DNA from: Trichoplax adhaerens
Lineage: Eukaryota > Animalia > Placozoa
NCBI RefSeq assembly: GCF_000150275.1
Contig: NW_002060949.1
Coordinates: 4,378,964 to 4,442,963 of the forward strand
Direction of reading: 5' to 3'
Length of the DNA stretch: 64,000 nt
The notes beneath the pieces were generated by a model that ran no database searches, was not told where the DNA came from, and saw only the letters and a program-made list of their open reading frames with translations. How positions within the stretch are numbered: position 1 is the stretch's first letter; every line of letters starts with the position of its first letter. The position numbers and the translations under genes are program-made. This document shows, in pieces, positions 15,001-30,000 of the stretch.

Positions 15001-18000
15001 TCGATTTCCGCATCCACGACATCAAGACTTATAATAATTAACCCTTTGCTAGTATAAATTTTCTCAGTATCTTCCAAAAATGATATAATGTCTTGTACCA
15101 CACGATTTACACTATTCAATTGTTGAAATTGCTGATTCAGAATTTCTTTTCGACTTTTGACCTCGAGAAGTAATGAAGCATAGTCCTGTTCGAATATTTT
15201 AACTGATTTTATACGATCAAGAGGTAAATTACCCATGCCAGTAGCTTGCCAATGCTCTGTTGTATGTTGATAATCATTGTACAATTTTCCCATATTATCT
15301 GTAACACTTGCTAGTAGTAGCGTATCTTCCTCAAAATTTTTGATTCTTAAGTTGACCATTGGGGCCTTGATGATCTCCATAACTTTTATCTCTTCAATAT
15401 ATTGTAATAGCTTACGATAGGACAACAACAGCTCTTCAGTATTTCTAGTCCAGTCCAATTTATCACTTCGATACTGTTTAATCTTTTCGCAAATATCATT
15501 AAATCTACCAACATTATCATCAAACTCTTGCATGTTATTTGCAATTACCCCACGTAACACTGTATTAATATTATCGTAGCATCTCTGGCTTTCAGCCAAA
15601 ATTAAAGAATTATCCGCAACCTCATTCGCTAGACTTGTTAGTTTTTCAATCTGTGATTGATCGTTAGCGTCAGTAGACGAATTAGAAACGGTATCAAGAG
15701 TATTTTCAGCGATATCCATCCATGAAATAAGCTTAATCATATTAAGTGAATAATCTTTGTATAAAGAAATAACACGACTGTATTTATTGTACTCGCTTTC
15801 TAAAGTTCTAATTGTATATTGGCGTCGTTCTTTCATTCCTTGTACCTTCGATTGAAGTCTGCTTCCAGAGAAGGAATCAATTTCAGTTAAAGTTTTGAGA
15901 TGATGTTCACATTTATGCAAGGCGTCATTATCATGCTGCAAGGATATTTTGCATTTATTTATATCAGCTATCCACGATGATAAATCATTTACGTTATCAA
16001 ACGTTGAACCATCGAGAAACATGTCCGCGCTATCTAAAACGGAAAAGATTTGCGTCGCTAATTCTTCAAATTCCATCAATGAGGAAGAATATCTCTGTAA
16101 ATGTTCTAATTTATATGTGTAATTGCTCATAACTTTCTCATACTGCTCACTGAGGTTAAGAGCTCTTGCTTTAAATTTTTTGGAATCTTCGCATGGGTAA
16201 TCTGCTACGAATTGATTTGCAAGATTGTCCACCAACTGGATTGTACTCCGTTTATCTTTATACTCTTGAACATGAGTTTGAATAGCTTTTTCCTGCTTCA
16301 ATAATTCCGCTTGACTAATACCGAATCGGGTAAATTGAGAAATATATTCCCGATTCTTCAATAAATAATTTTCCATTGCTTTACAAGCCTTCTCAAACTG
16401 TTTCATTAACTCATATGCACCTTTCACTATTTCTTTCTGTTGTTGCAATTTAAGTTTAATATCATCAAAACGATCGATTGTTTCATGCATCTCAACACTC
16501 AGATCTGGAAGACTATCATTATCAGTCCAATAAGCCATCTGATTCTTAAGTCTTTTCACTATCTCTTCAGAAGAATGAACAAGGTTTTCTAAATCCTAAG
16601 GTACGTATTTAAAAATTATCAAAAAATAGAAAATTATGGTGTAGTGATAAATCAAAGTTAAAAAATTACGATATATTGCTGATAAGTAATACGAGTGGTA
16701 AAAATAGAATGTATTCGCTACCTTAATTTCTTGTAGTGCGTCATATAAAGCTGAGAACTTCAAATTATTGGATGCTAAAGAAAAAGCAGGGCTTTTTTCG
16801 ATATCTTCACAAACTATTATTATTTTACCACGAAGGAAGGTAGTTTCATGTGCTAAGTTTTCATGCTTGGTAGTTTCATCCCTTTTATTAAAAAAGACTT
16901 TCTTCACGTTGCCATGCTTTCTCTTAATGGCATTAATCTGATGACTGATAAATGCAGCATCTTCATCTGTAACATCAGGAATAAGCGTTTCACCCAAATC
17001 AGTTACTTTTTGAATTTCAATCGCTTTTTCATCCATTTCCAACGATAAAGTCTGTATTAAAACCATATGAAATTACAACGTTAATCATTTATAAAAACCT
17101 ACAGTCAAAAAATCAGGCGTATCTATTCAATTCAGATATTATTAGGCTTACGTCATCTATTTGTGATACTTCATGTTCCGATAACAAATTTTCTTTATCA
17201 TTCAACCAGAGTAAAATATCTTCACAATCTCGTTCAAACCTTACTAATTGTCCATTAATAAGAGTTAACTTAAATATTTTATCCAATACAGCAGTCTTTG
17301 AACCATTTAGCTTTCGTTGAATGTTAGATTGCTTATCTTGAATGACTTTGATCGAATTTTTGGAGTAATATTCAAGAAAGAAGTCAATTGTGGCCTTGTA
17401 AACAGGTAATATCTTAGATAATATCTGATCAACGTCGCCCTCAGCAACCTACATCCGAAAGAAAATAGAAAATTGTTTGGTTAATCTTTATATATGTTCA
17501 CTTTGCAAATCATAGAAAATATTTCAAGGACATTTCTTAAAATACTGATTAAAACCTGGAGAGATTCGATTCGTTTAGCAATGTCTTTCCTTTTAATATA
17601 TCTCATATCTTCGTTTAGCAATTCTGATTTCTCCAATTTATTACAAGCCTTATAACAACTATTCCATTCCTCTTCAAGAAGTTGTAACTTCTTTCTAGCT
17701 TTTCCAAGTTGTTCTAAATCTCTGTTGATACGATCCAGAACTTTTATGCACCGCTTACATACTTTATCCCACTTGTCTTGTATCACAGCTGACTGCTTCA
17801 CAGATAAAACTGCAATGGCATCTTGTTCATTTTGGATAATCTCGGTCAATTTATTTTGATATTGAAGGACATTAATTTTCAGTGACTGCAAGAAAATTAA
17901 AATTACAAAAATTTTAATATAACTTCTCAACTCTAGCTAGCTCTAAAGAAATATTACCTCATAATTGGATTCAACTCTATTCACATCTTCGAGGGTAGCA

Positions 18001-21000
18001 TCGAAAAAAATTTGTTGAATTAAATAATTTTCAGCAACAGTAACCGTCGTTGAACACTCAAGAATAGACTTATTCATAGTTTCGTATCTTTTCAATGAAT
18101 TTAGTAGGCATTGACGTCGGTAAAGCACTTTATCATTTAACTTTTTTACTCTATCAAGTATTGACGTCCCCGTCAATTCCGGATCAGTAAATTCTCCATG
18201 ATCGTTGGCAACAGATACAAGTTTTCTTTCAATATCTATAGCAATATCAATCCTTTGCTCGACCTTATTAATGTACCTTAAAAAATCCTATATTAAAATA
18301 AATAAATAATATTATTGCAAGCGAAAGTTTGCAAATATTGAAAACGAAGACTGTCATAATTATGAATGTATCCTGCATCTTTCATAGGTGATTTCTATGA
18401 TTAAAGCACTTACTAAACACACGCCGCTGTAAATACGCATATCTTCTGAAGATAATTCCTCTATTGAAAGCGTTATTGCAGCTGATTTGTCAATATTTTG
18501 ACATGTAGTATTCAATTTCAAAAGTATACTTTGAAGTCTCATCGAATCCATTTTAGAACGCTCCTTTGTAACTTCATGTAGACTAGTACCAAGTTGTTCG
18601 TTAGACTCAGGTAGCAAATTTGGATCCAGTACAGGTTGATAATCCCCGCTGATCTTGGAGTCACGTTGTTGGAAGATATCTGTATTAGTTAATTCCTCTA
18701 GAGTACTAAATTCTTTTAAGAATGCACTATCAAGGGCAGTTTCTGGATTAACATTTTCAAGAGACTGACTTTCGTCCACAGGTAAAACTTCAATAATTTC
18801 TTCCGGAGGTTTAGCTAAACTACTGTCGTCTTCATTATTAAAACTAATACGATCATCATCGAAAAAATTTCCTACCATGGTAAGCTGTTCAACTGGAGCC
18901 ACTGTCATTTCAATATTTTCGAGTATCTGCCGAGGAGGCTCGACAGCTATTTCTGCGCTATCTTCCTGTGCTACAGCATTTATTTCCTGTAATTGATCAA
19001 TTTTCGTTTCTACCACTACTGAGTTATTCTCTTGGTATCTATCTGGCTCATCCATAAAAGTGTAAGTGGGGTCTACTTTTTCTGCTACTATCTCATCTAT
19101 CTCAATTGCTATATCGTCATCGTCATCAACGTCAACTTCAGCCTGCTGCTCTAACATTTCAACCGTCTTATTAATGACCGTAATTAGTAGACCTTCATCA
19201 AGGACATTACTAACAACATTTCTCGAAATACTATCGCTGGATGTATTCTCTTCCGTTCGTTTTTCTCCGAGATCAATGATGTCCTCAGTAACTGGAGGCA
19301 ATCTTGGGTGATGAAGCTATTTTACAAAGAATACACAAAACTAATGTAAGGATGCTAAATACGACCAAACCATACATGCAATCTTGCAGCTACCGTCAAT
19401 GGCATGATTTGTCCTAATGCCATGCTCTTCTCTGATAGTATTCGGCCTTCAACTGTTATCTCCTTCTCCAAAGATAACCTACTAATAAAACTACTAAGAG
19501 AACGTTCAATTTCAATTGCATCATTACAAAGTCGCAAATAAATAACTTCTAGTTCAGAAAAATGCTGTCTAATGGCAGATTTTTCACTTTCGAAACATTC
19601 TTCTGTAGCTAGTCTACAGCAACTTGCCACATAAGTCATAATACGTTCACAATGATTAAGTTCTCTTTTAAAATCAGATACCATCTGTATAATATCGTCA
19701 ACTTCAGTAATTATCTCATCCGTCTCTTCAGAAAAATCTAATTTTCGTTTTTTCTCATTTAACCAAATACCTAACATTTCTACGTTATTAAAAAAATCCT
19801 TTGATTTATTCAAAGTAGCTAAAAGTTGCTTTTCTTTCATTTGGATCTCCAAAACTACTACTGAATTTCTAGACTCTAAATTGGATATTTCGTCTGAAAC
19901 GTCTCCAAATTTTGCATCTGCATATATTTTCTGTAGGTGATCTGCGAAATTGGTTAATACGGCAAACTTCGTTGGCAAATTATCACGAATCGTCTTTGTT
20001 CAAAAAAAATCAAGCATGAATAAGGACATATAAACAACGAGTAAAATCTACATAAGATTCAAAATCCACCGACCTGTAATATATGCAAGTGTTGTTGAAT
20101 GAGATATGGCTTGACAAAGTAGTAAAATGGTAATTGTAAAATGAAATAAATATTAATTTCCAATGAGCGCAGGTTAGATATCATTGCTTTAAGCTTATTA
20201 TAATCTTCCAGGTATCTCTCCAATGTTTTCCTTGTAGTTTCGCCCTTCGTAAATGCACTAGTTTGCATTTTACTTAATTTTGAAATTTGATTTTCTACCG
20301 AAGCCTTTACATTAATATACACATTAGAATCTGCTGACCACAATTTTACCAACACCTCATACAAAGAAACAGTTGATTCCGCAATACGCTTCATATATTC
20401 CGAATACTCCTCAAGTTCTTCAGGTAATAACTAGATAAGCAACATCAGAAAAGATTAATTAATAAATTATCGTACAGCGAATAATATATGATAATAATAT
20501 ATGATCCTGTAATTCAAATACGTACACGCAGAAAATTTAAAGTCTTCGTTACAGCAGCAGTACATAATATAGGTCCGCCAGTAATGGCAATTCTTTCCTC
20601 CACATTTTCAAGTAAGTTATTAGTTTTATTAAATAAATTCAATAGCACAATTGCACGCTCAGTAAATTCCATAATTTTTTGTTTCCGCTCGTAAATCAAA
20701 CTTAGAACAGTTGTAAATCTTTTCATTAAGCCAATAATTAGATTGGTAAGAGTAGCATAAGTCACATCTTCTTTATGTGAGGATGAATCAACTTGAACTA
20801 AAGCAGATTCAGTCGCCTAAATAGAAACGTGCATATAGCAATGCATGAAATTCAATACACAAATTGCCATCACGGATGCAACAAAGTCACTATTATTTAA
20901 AATAACTACCTTCTCGTTAGAAAATTCACCGAGTAGCTGCAAAATAGTAAGTGACGAGTCACTTTGTAACCAACCAGTAAAATCTCGTAATTTATCATAA

Positions 21001-24000
21001 ACATCCGGACAAACTTGGATAATCTCATCTAAGGATTCTTGATGTCCTCTTAACTTAAGACGAAGAGTCTCACAAGTCGAGCTAAATATGTCATTCCTAT
21101 CTTGACTACATATAGCATCCCATTCATATGACAGTAACAAGGTGGAGGAAGCCTATCATATATATATAATCAATTGAAATCAAACTTAACGTGGAACATA
21201 TCTTCAGCCCAATTACTTAACAAAACTAGCTAGTAATCGCTTTCAAACCTTGAGTCTCATAATACTTTCATAGAGAGGTGAATTAATCGAATTGATAATT
21301 CCGTCTAGCTGAGAAACATTATAATGCAAAAATGCATTTAAATAAAGAAACTTCTGGATATACCATTCACGATGTTCGACCGATTCTGTAGTTTCTGATT
21401 TTTCATAAAGGACAACAATATCGTTCAGCTGTTGATCAATTCTAGCATACATCTCCTCTACTATGGTTGCTCCATTTTCATCATCTCCGTTTTCATTATC
21501 AGGAAATGATCCTGAATATCCAGTTATAGTATCCAAAAAATTTTCTTGATCTTCCTCAAATTTCTTAAATGGTATGCAAAATAAATTAGTCTGTTTAAGA
21601 TCTAATCGCAACCACAACGGTACAAAAGTAACGAAACAGAAAGTATACCTCAGCTAAATAAACAAATTCTTGTATTTTCTCTCTCAACTGTACAATATCA
21701 TTCTTTTGTTGTTGAAGCCCATCATAAAATTCCTACCGGAATCGACAAATATTTATTAAATCTTTCCATACTGTTGCATTACTAAGCAAAATGCATTTAA
21801 TTGCAGTATCATACTATAGAGATGTTTTTAATGATCTTGAAATTCGAACATAATGAATTACCTTACGAGTGATTACATGCTCCTGAATTCTAAATGAACT
21901 TCCTCCAAATTTAGTAACCTGATCAAGTTTCCGTTTCGCTATTGTAATCCACGCGCTTAATCGATCATAAACGTTATGTAAATCCTTCGCGACACCTACT
22001 CCTGCATCAAGGGTCTTTCTATGATAGTTACAAAATTTTTGTAAATTTTGCCATCGTTCCAATAGTTTATCAGCGTCACTTTTAATTTTAAAGGAAGCCA
22101 TCAATTTGCTAGTTTGGCGTAACTGAGGTATCAGTTGTTGTGAACTACTGATAACGTTGTTGACGCGTTCCTGACAACCAGAAGCTTCTGTAAAGAAGGC
22201 CTACAAAAATATGCGCAAAAGTAAATAATTGTTTAATGATTATTTAGTATAAAAGAAGGATTCAATCACGCATCCAGAGGATGTACTAGTAAAAGTTACG
22301 TGCATTTTATCAAAGATAATTTTTATACCATATCACATACCGTAAAGTATTCACTTTGTTTTTTTATGTTTTCTAATCTTCCAGCCAGCCAGCGGTACCT
22401 TAAGCAGTGTCTTTCCAAAATTGATAAATATTCCGTAACTTCACAAACCTTCCACATAGTATCAACACATCTATTTTCTACAGGCGATAAGCTAGTTCTT
22501 GCGTAAGATATTAGCTGGTCGAACTCTTTTAAAAATTGAATACAAAGTTCAGTCATGTTTCTCATTTTATCTCTAATATCGGCTATTTGTCTTCTGATAT
22601 AACGGGATCCGTGATCGCTTAAACGACTAAATGGAAAAGATTCCTGGAGCATACTTTCCACTACACAACGATAGCTTTCCACCTGCTCTGAAGACACCTA
22701 AATTTTGAAAAATTGGTTTAATAATATTCCTAATATACAGTACTACCTCATAAAAATCAATAGAAGCCATGTTATGTCTGAAATTAAATTACATTCATAA
22801 TATTTATGAATTCGTATCCTCTATTGGCTATGCAATCCACATCAGTTTTTCGTCTAAATAATTCATTAAGTAATGCCTAAAAAATGGAACATAAAGTTAT
22901 AACCAGACAACACAACTATAAGTTACTTCTCAACAAATCTCGTGATCACTCATTCAAGTTTTAATACCTGAATTTTTTCCCTCTTTAAAATCATTTCAAA
23001 TACATTCGTTGAAGCTTCTATTTTTAATTCAGATAAAAAGCCTTGCGACTCACGAATCCAAGGTCTTATAGTTAAGATTAGCCCATTAAAATTCTCCAGT
23101 ACCACAACCGCATTTTGTAAATATAACGTATGAAGTGCGGCTTGAGACAAAAGGTATGTATATTGACTGCTTAAGCAGCTCATATCAGCTTGAGATGACA
23201 GTGACGACTCCGACATATCAGATAAAACCTTATCCACTGCTGCACTAAATTCACCACTTAAGTTATATAGCTCTATTTCAAGGTACTTTATGTTCAGGAA
23301 TATGTAACAAACATAAATACAACCTTAGCGCTACATTGTAATAAGAGCGGCTTGATGTATAACTAAAAGTGAAGAGGACTACTAATAACTGTGTATACCT
23401 TTTGATATCGAATCTCTTCAGAAATTGAGCCAGCATCATTTCCATGGCTTAAATTTCTGAGAAACAACTGATTATAGCGAATAATCGAATCCCTCAATAA
23501 ATCTATCAAACTTTCATATCCATATTCGATGTCAAGACTATAATACGAAAGCACAAACGAAATATTTATTATGGATTACAGGCATAATTCAACATTTGGA
23601 TTGGTATTCTTACCTTTCAATCCAACGCTGAGCAGTAGTATCTGCGCTCTTACACCCAGAACATAGTTCCATAACACTATAAATTTCAGCTGTACTAATA
23701 TTATCTAAACTTTCATAATCAGCAGATCTTCCTTCAAACTTAGCTAAACGTTCGTACCGTCTCCTACATTCACAGGTACCACTATCACTTCCCTTAGTGA
23801 CATATAGAGAGAAAGTAATATTAACTGTTATAATATCACGATTGATAATACTGTACTTATAGTAGGGCAAATCTTCATACTTTAGAAGCACTTGCGTGAA
23901 TTCTTTCATTGATACTACTTGATCTAGCATCAAGTTTGTTTTGAGCTACACTTTTTTCAAGAGATGCAGTCAATATTTCAGAAGATTTCCAATTTCCAGT

Positions 24001-27000
24001 TTGCCATTGTTTTAGCCACATGGCTTCTACAATATTTAAGCTATCTTCTAGACTAGCTACTCTAGCAGATGATCGTCCTAGATCTTGCGATATCAACCTT
24101 CGTGAATCAGATATTACCGATGACACATATATTCTATATCTGATAGCATTTACAATAATATGCTGTAAAAATAATAAAATTAAGTATTATACAGCAGATA
24201 TCACTTCATATCAAGAATAAAATTGTACCATTATCACGTAAGGAACTCAAGTAATCAACATTTCTTATTATACAGTATGCATAGGCTTACTTTCTCATGA
24301 TAGCATTTTATAATACCAGATAAATTTTCAAATAATTTCGTATAGCTATGATTGCAACTTAATTTCTTATACATAGTTTTCCACAGCTGCAGTAAATACT
24401 CATATTTTCCGCGTAATCTAAACAAAATATTACATAAATAAAATTATTCCTATTCGTAAAAGAATTACCAGCTAATAACTGACTTCAAACAACAAATGCA
24501 TGAAATAACCTTGAAGCAGATTCAATAGCTTCAGGACACTGACATTCAATAAGAAAGCACAACGATGGTACCCTTAATTCGAGCCTTTCTTGAGTCATAA
24601 TCTACAATTGAGATAATATCTTCTAAGATTCTCTGCGTTGATATTATTGTTAATTCTTTTAAACTTACAGTCCATTTGGTATGATTAGATTTGTCTAGTA
24701 GTATATATTCATTATCATTCAGGATACCATTCTATTATGGAGATAAAATCATAGCTTATTAATACAAAATTAAATTAAAACGTACATAATTTTTATAGGA
24801 CATAATTTTAGTACCTGACCATCATGATAACTACATATTGTACGAATTGGAATAGATAATTGTTCCTTAGAAGTTTTGCGGAAGTGTAATGGTAACACTT
24901 TCAGAGAGACATCACATAGACACTTAATGACAGATTGGTAAGACAGCAACTCTTCTCTCAGAATCTACAATAAAGATATGGAACAATCACATGGTCATCG
25001 AGTCCTACGTATAATCTAGGCAAAACAAAACTTTCAGCCTACTAACACTAAGCGTGTTACATAAGGATTTAATGCGATCGTCCTTAATTTCAGCAAATTT
25101 ATCATTAAGTATGTTTATTCTCTCCGTAAGCCAATGATCAGCTTCACTACAATCTAGGAAAAACTTTCAAAATATATGTTTATAATATTAGCGGAAGTTT
25201 GACAAATTATTAATGCAATCTAAACTTACTTGCTGATATACATGTAAGTGATGAATGTGTTTGTCTAAGGCCGCAATAAACTCTGACATACGAATTGACT
25301 TAAATTCTAGACTTATTGCTTGTAGCTAAAGTTGATAGCGAAATAAACAATAAAATTTACATTCATACCTACATGTACTATTACATACAACATTTGTACT
25401 ATGCACTTACATTTTGATAATTATAAATTGCTAAATCGATTCAAGAGTATATTTAATAGAGCACTTACCTCCAATACTTTAGAAGCAGAATGTTTATCTT
25501 TTATCAATTTACGTCCTATTTTTAAGTAAGTTGCAGTTCGTTTCTGATGCTCATGAAATTCGCTCTTTAAATCCTGATCATACACATAGAGTACATATAT
25601 TAAAGTTTTATCATTATCATACCGAATATATTCAAAGTCGCGTCTTTATGTGTTAAGACAAGAACCTCTGAAAGGCGCTTATACCTTTTGATAATGCTGT
25701 AGAACATCGATATCTAAATCGGTTGCACTCCAATCTCTGCCTATCTCAATCTTTTCTTTTCGCTCCAACCAAGTAAGTTCATTTTGAATATTCCTTACAA
25801 AATCCAGCAATGATACCAAGCTCGTCATTCTTTTGGCTGACATATTCTATGATACAAAATTTTTAAATTTATCAATCACTTTCCTTTACAATATCCCAAA
25901 TCCAGTTGATATACATTTACAAAAAATAATTAACACAGTAAGTAATAAAACGTACCATTACACGTTCATATAAGTTATTTAAGTCATGTATCAACGAGAT
26001 AATATTTGGTTGCTGCCTAACTTCGGCCTTATTCTGAAAATTAAATTAACAACTGCATTTATCAAATAGATTTCCACAAAAAGATTATCTATATATTCTA
26101 AAGTAACCTCCAAGCTACACAAATATTTCACATCGGGACTACGTTCCAGTAATGCTATATGTAGAATTTGATGTTCGAGCACATAGTTTTGAATATCAAT
26201 CCTATCTATGCCATACGACGCTGTTTCCAAAACAACCTAAAATGTTAATGATTAGGTTAGCTATGCTCAGTACGTTCCTGTATTCTTTACGCATATTCTA
26301 TTACCTTCTTCTTGCTAAGCCAGTTATGGATCTCTTGAATTGAATGCAACGAATCTGAAAAATTACCCGATTCTGCTTGCTTACGAAAACTTTCAACCAT
26401 TCGTTGTTGACGTTCGATATGATGGATATACAAAGTCAATACAAGAATTCGAAGACCCTGCCACTGACTATAGGCTGATTCAACCCTGAGTCGGATAAAA
26501 TTCGTTTAGACTTCAAAAAAATTATTGATTTAACATGTAAAGGCATTATAATAATATTTACGTGGTCTGCAATAGCGTAGATTCACTATAATCTTGAGTA
26601 TTTAAATGTTTAGTTTCCATTCTCATACGCTGAATTCGGCTTTCAAATATCTGTTTATATATTTAATATAAATTAATTTATCTTAATAAAACATTATCTG
26701 TGAATAAGTACGTATTATGCAGAATTGATTTACTACATCTACAAGTAGTACAACATTCTTGTTATGATTGCATATCATAAATACATAATTCATCCATTAT
26801 TACGGTCATTACAACAACATCAATAAACTTGTAAACAGAAGTGTATGGGTATTATAATATTGTAATACAAAAATTATACCAATAGAGAGGCATTTAACTC
26901 TTTGCAATGCTTCTGAACTGATTCACAGTCCATGGATGGCCATAATTGCTTCTCCTAATTTAAAAAACAAATTAGTTCGTTACATTTTGACATCAATAAA

Positions 27001-30000
27001 AAAAATTTTTTCTATTATATATTTAACATTACTTCATCCAAGCGTTCTTCTACTTCTTTAAGAGATACTTCCATTAACGACAGCTATATAGTTTATCGCA
27101 TCGACAATATTAATTATTAAATCAATACAATTGTTCAGTTGAAGTAAATTCATTGAGTCAATCACCCCTTACCTCTGTTTCAACCTTTTCGTGTAACTGT
27201 TTGAGCTTAGTTAATCTAAAATAAAAAAATTTCATCAATCACGCAAGTGTTATTAGTTTACTAGATAACTTATAATAGGGCCATGGTAATACATCTTTTT
27301 AAAAAAACAACTATAAAAGGTACTTGTCATATTTCGCTTTCAACTTTTTCTCTGTCACTTCTTGTAATTTTTTTAAGGTACTATATTTCTGAAATTTTGA
27401 AAGAATTACCGATTATTATTCCTCTCATCAACTATTGATTAAAAAAATATAGCTATTCATGGTTTCATCAACCTTTTTGACACGTCTAATTGACAACTCA
27501 TTTTCGATCGCGCTATCACTTGACGATTGTGTATTCTATAGCGAAATATTTAGTAAACATTCACATGTACATCAAACTGGCTAACATTAAAATTAATACA
27601 CAGTATCAATTAAACTTAGATATAAACAAGTTTACAACGGCAAGGGTCTAAAAAATGAAAAATTGATTTAGTAAATGTATACCTCCAACTCTATATAAGC
27701 TTGAACAACTGAACGCATCATCTGTTCAATCGCAGCAATATCTTCAGTAAAGCATTTATCAAACTCAACAATTACTGGCTGCAAAATTTAACAAAAAGTA
27801 AAATTGATATCGCAGTTTGCCTCAATACTAGTAACAGCAATGAACACAATTACTGTGTACTTACCTCCAACTCGATCAATGAGTTTGGTAAATACAAACT
27901 TTGATACTTTGAGATCAATCGATCTAGCCATAAAATAATATCATGGGCTAGTTTCTTGTAATTATCTACCTTTATTTTTAATCCCTTTATGCAACGAAAG
28001 GTTAATCCATAGAAAATTAAAATCATAAAATAAAAATTTCTATATAATATCACTACAAATGTGCTATCTGGCTACTTAAAAATTCTTCTCATCGTATGCA
28101 TATAGCAACTTATATTACCATAGACTTTTCATTTTCATATAACGATGTCGATCGCAAAACGTTCGTAATGAAGGATATATACAATAATATGCATTTATCA
28201 TCAGGTTTACTATTGCATATATCTAAAAGATAACGTATAACATTTAAAAGGCAATCATGTCTTAGTGTAAATATCTTTCATCATAAATTATATTACAGGT
28301 ATATATAAACTAATTAAATTGCTTATAAGATCATGAAGAGTGGTATAACAATTGAATACCTTTAGCTTTCAACAGTTGTGGTATATAAAATACTCTTTCA
28401 ATAGCATCCATAGCAAATTGAACAATATCTACAGGTCTAAGTTGCTTCAAATTGCTGAAATCTACTGCATTAGGCCTGTTAAAAACCGTTATTTGAGGAA
28501 TACGTACTAAAATAATGCCAAAAACTATAGCAATAAAATACTATCAGTAGTCTTACCTAAATCCGTGCACTATGGCCGCTAACGCATGACCACTTCTCCA
28601 GCTACAATTAAAATCTACTATATCAATCCCAGGATATCTATTTATTTCACACGTCAGATGATAAAATAAAAACTTTACAATACGCCCGAGAAATTGCAAT
28701 ACGGGTATTATTACTTCAATTAATATAAAATTTTCTCAAAGCCACAGATAATACAATATTGAATTTACCCTTCCGTAGCTTTCCTGCACCATAATAAAAT
28801 AGCTTTCTGAGCAGAATAGATATTCTTAATATGCGAAGCAGCTGGAAATGAACATATCTGTAAATATTTAAAAAAGAAGTATTAATGAATTAAAGCATAT
28901 AAGAAACTTGTTAATTTCATCGTGCTTGTTAATTGACTCAGTAAATCACATACAGAAATAATTTCTGAAATATTATTATAATACCGAAATTGGACCCTAT
29001 CTAAAATGTCGTATATTTAGGATTTAAACGAGTTTATAAAATTTAAAACGCAATTTTTAGAGTACTTACGTGAAAATGGGTAATAAGTAACCATATTAAT
29101 GACAACATATGCTCAATATTTCCATTTTCGATTTCATCCACGCTGATTCCACTAATATCAAACTATAAGTCACGAATAAATACGAGCATAACGAAATTAT
29201 GATAACTTAAACTCTGGCTAAATTACAAGTCATTTCCTATTGTACTTACTTCCTTCCGATGAAGAAAATTTAAGCAAGCAACTAGTCGATTTGCTGTTGC
29301 ATACCTATCGTTACTATCACTCGTAATCTATTAACAGATCATATCACAAATGAAATTGTCTAAGAAACAAGCTATTCTTGACTCAGTTAGTTTGACATAA
29401 CTGCTATACTTTAGTCAAAGTATTATACCATATATTTAGTAGCTTACAATATCATCTTCGAAAAGAACTTGCAACAATGAAACCAAACTTGTACCATCGG
29501 TAAACAAGTCCTCTAGCCTATCTACCTTTTTGGAGACCTTCATTTCAAGATACAACGTATTCTTTGTGTTAATAATTACAGTATACAGTTACCTACCACT
29601 TAGAATGATGTAATTTAGCTTCTTCGAATAAAAAGTGAAACCTACTAGTACGTATAAGTAGTGCCTCTACAGTTCACTACTCGTAAAACAGCAACGCAAG
29701 TTAATCTTTTTTAAGAAAAAATTTTTTGACAGAGCTAACTAATAAACCTTTTCTTCAAAAATAATATCATTTTTACGATAATAGCCGCATCCTAATTATC
29801 AAATATCGTATCCAACATCAATCAATGACTGTTAATGAGTGCACGTAGGCACCAATTCTATCCATTGAGTTCCATAGCTACGCTAAAAGAATTGATATCT
29901 ACAAAACAGTAGTACTACAGCGAAATCGATTAAAGATATACCGTACGTCTATTGGGTATCTTTCAAACTGCTAATTATCACATAATAAAATGAAGTACTC

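Noticed and set aside
23610-24126. Apparent frameshift between overlapping ORFs 23875-24126 and 23610-23933
   Set aside because: Resolved by an intron at 23793-23880 (AAA|gtatga ... ctaag|GGA).
2187-26343. Short plus-strand ORFs (2187-2405, 3352-3564, 7558-7833, 10087-10272, 11008-11259, 13699-13932, 19066-19311, etc.)
   Set aside because: Ser/Phe/Ile-rich antisense shadows of Glu/Lys-rich spectrin-repeat codons; no independent gene signals.
341-28053. Treating the many minus-strand ORFs as separate genes, an operon or pseudogene fragments
   Set aside because: Where checked, each is bounded by GT/AG sites and splices in frame into one gene. The ORF-track starts and tails are intron read-through.
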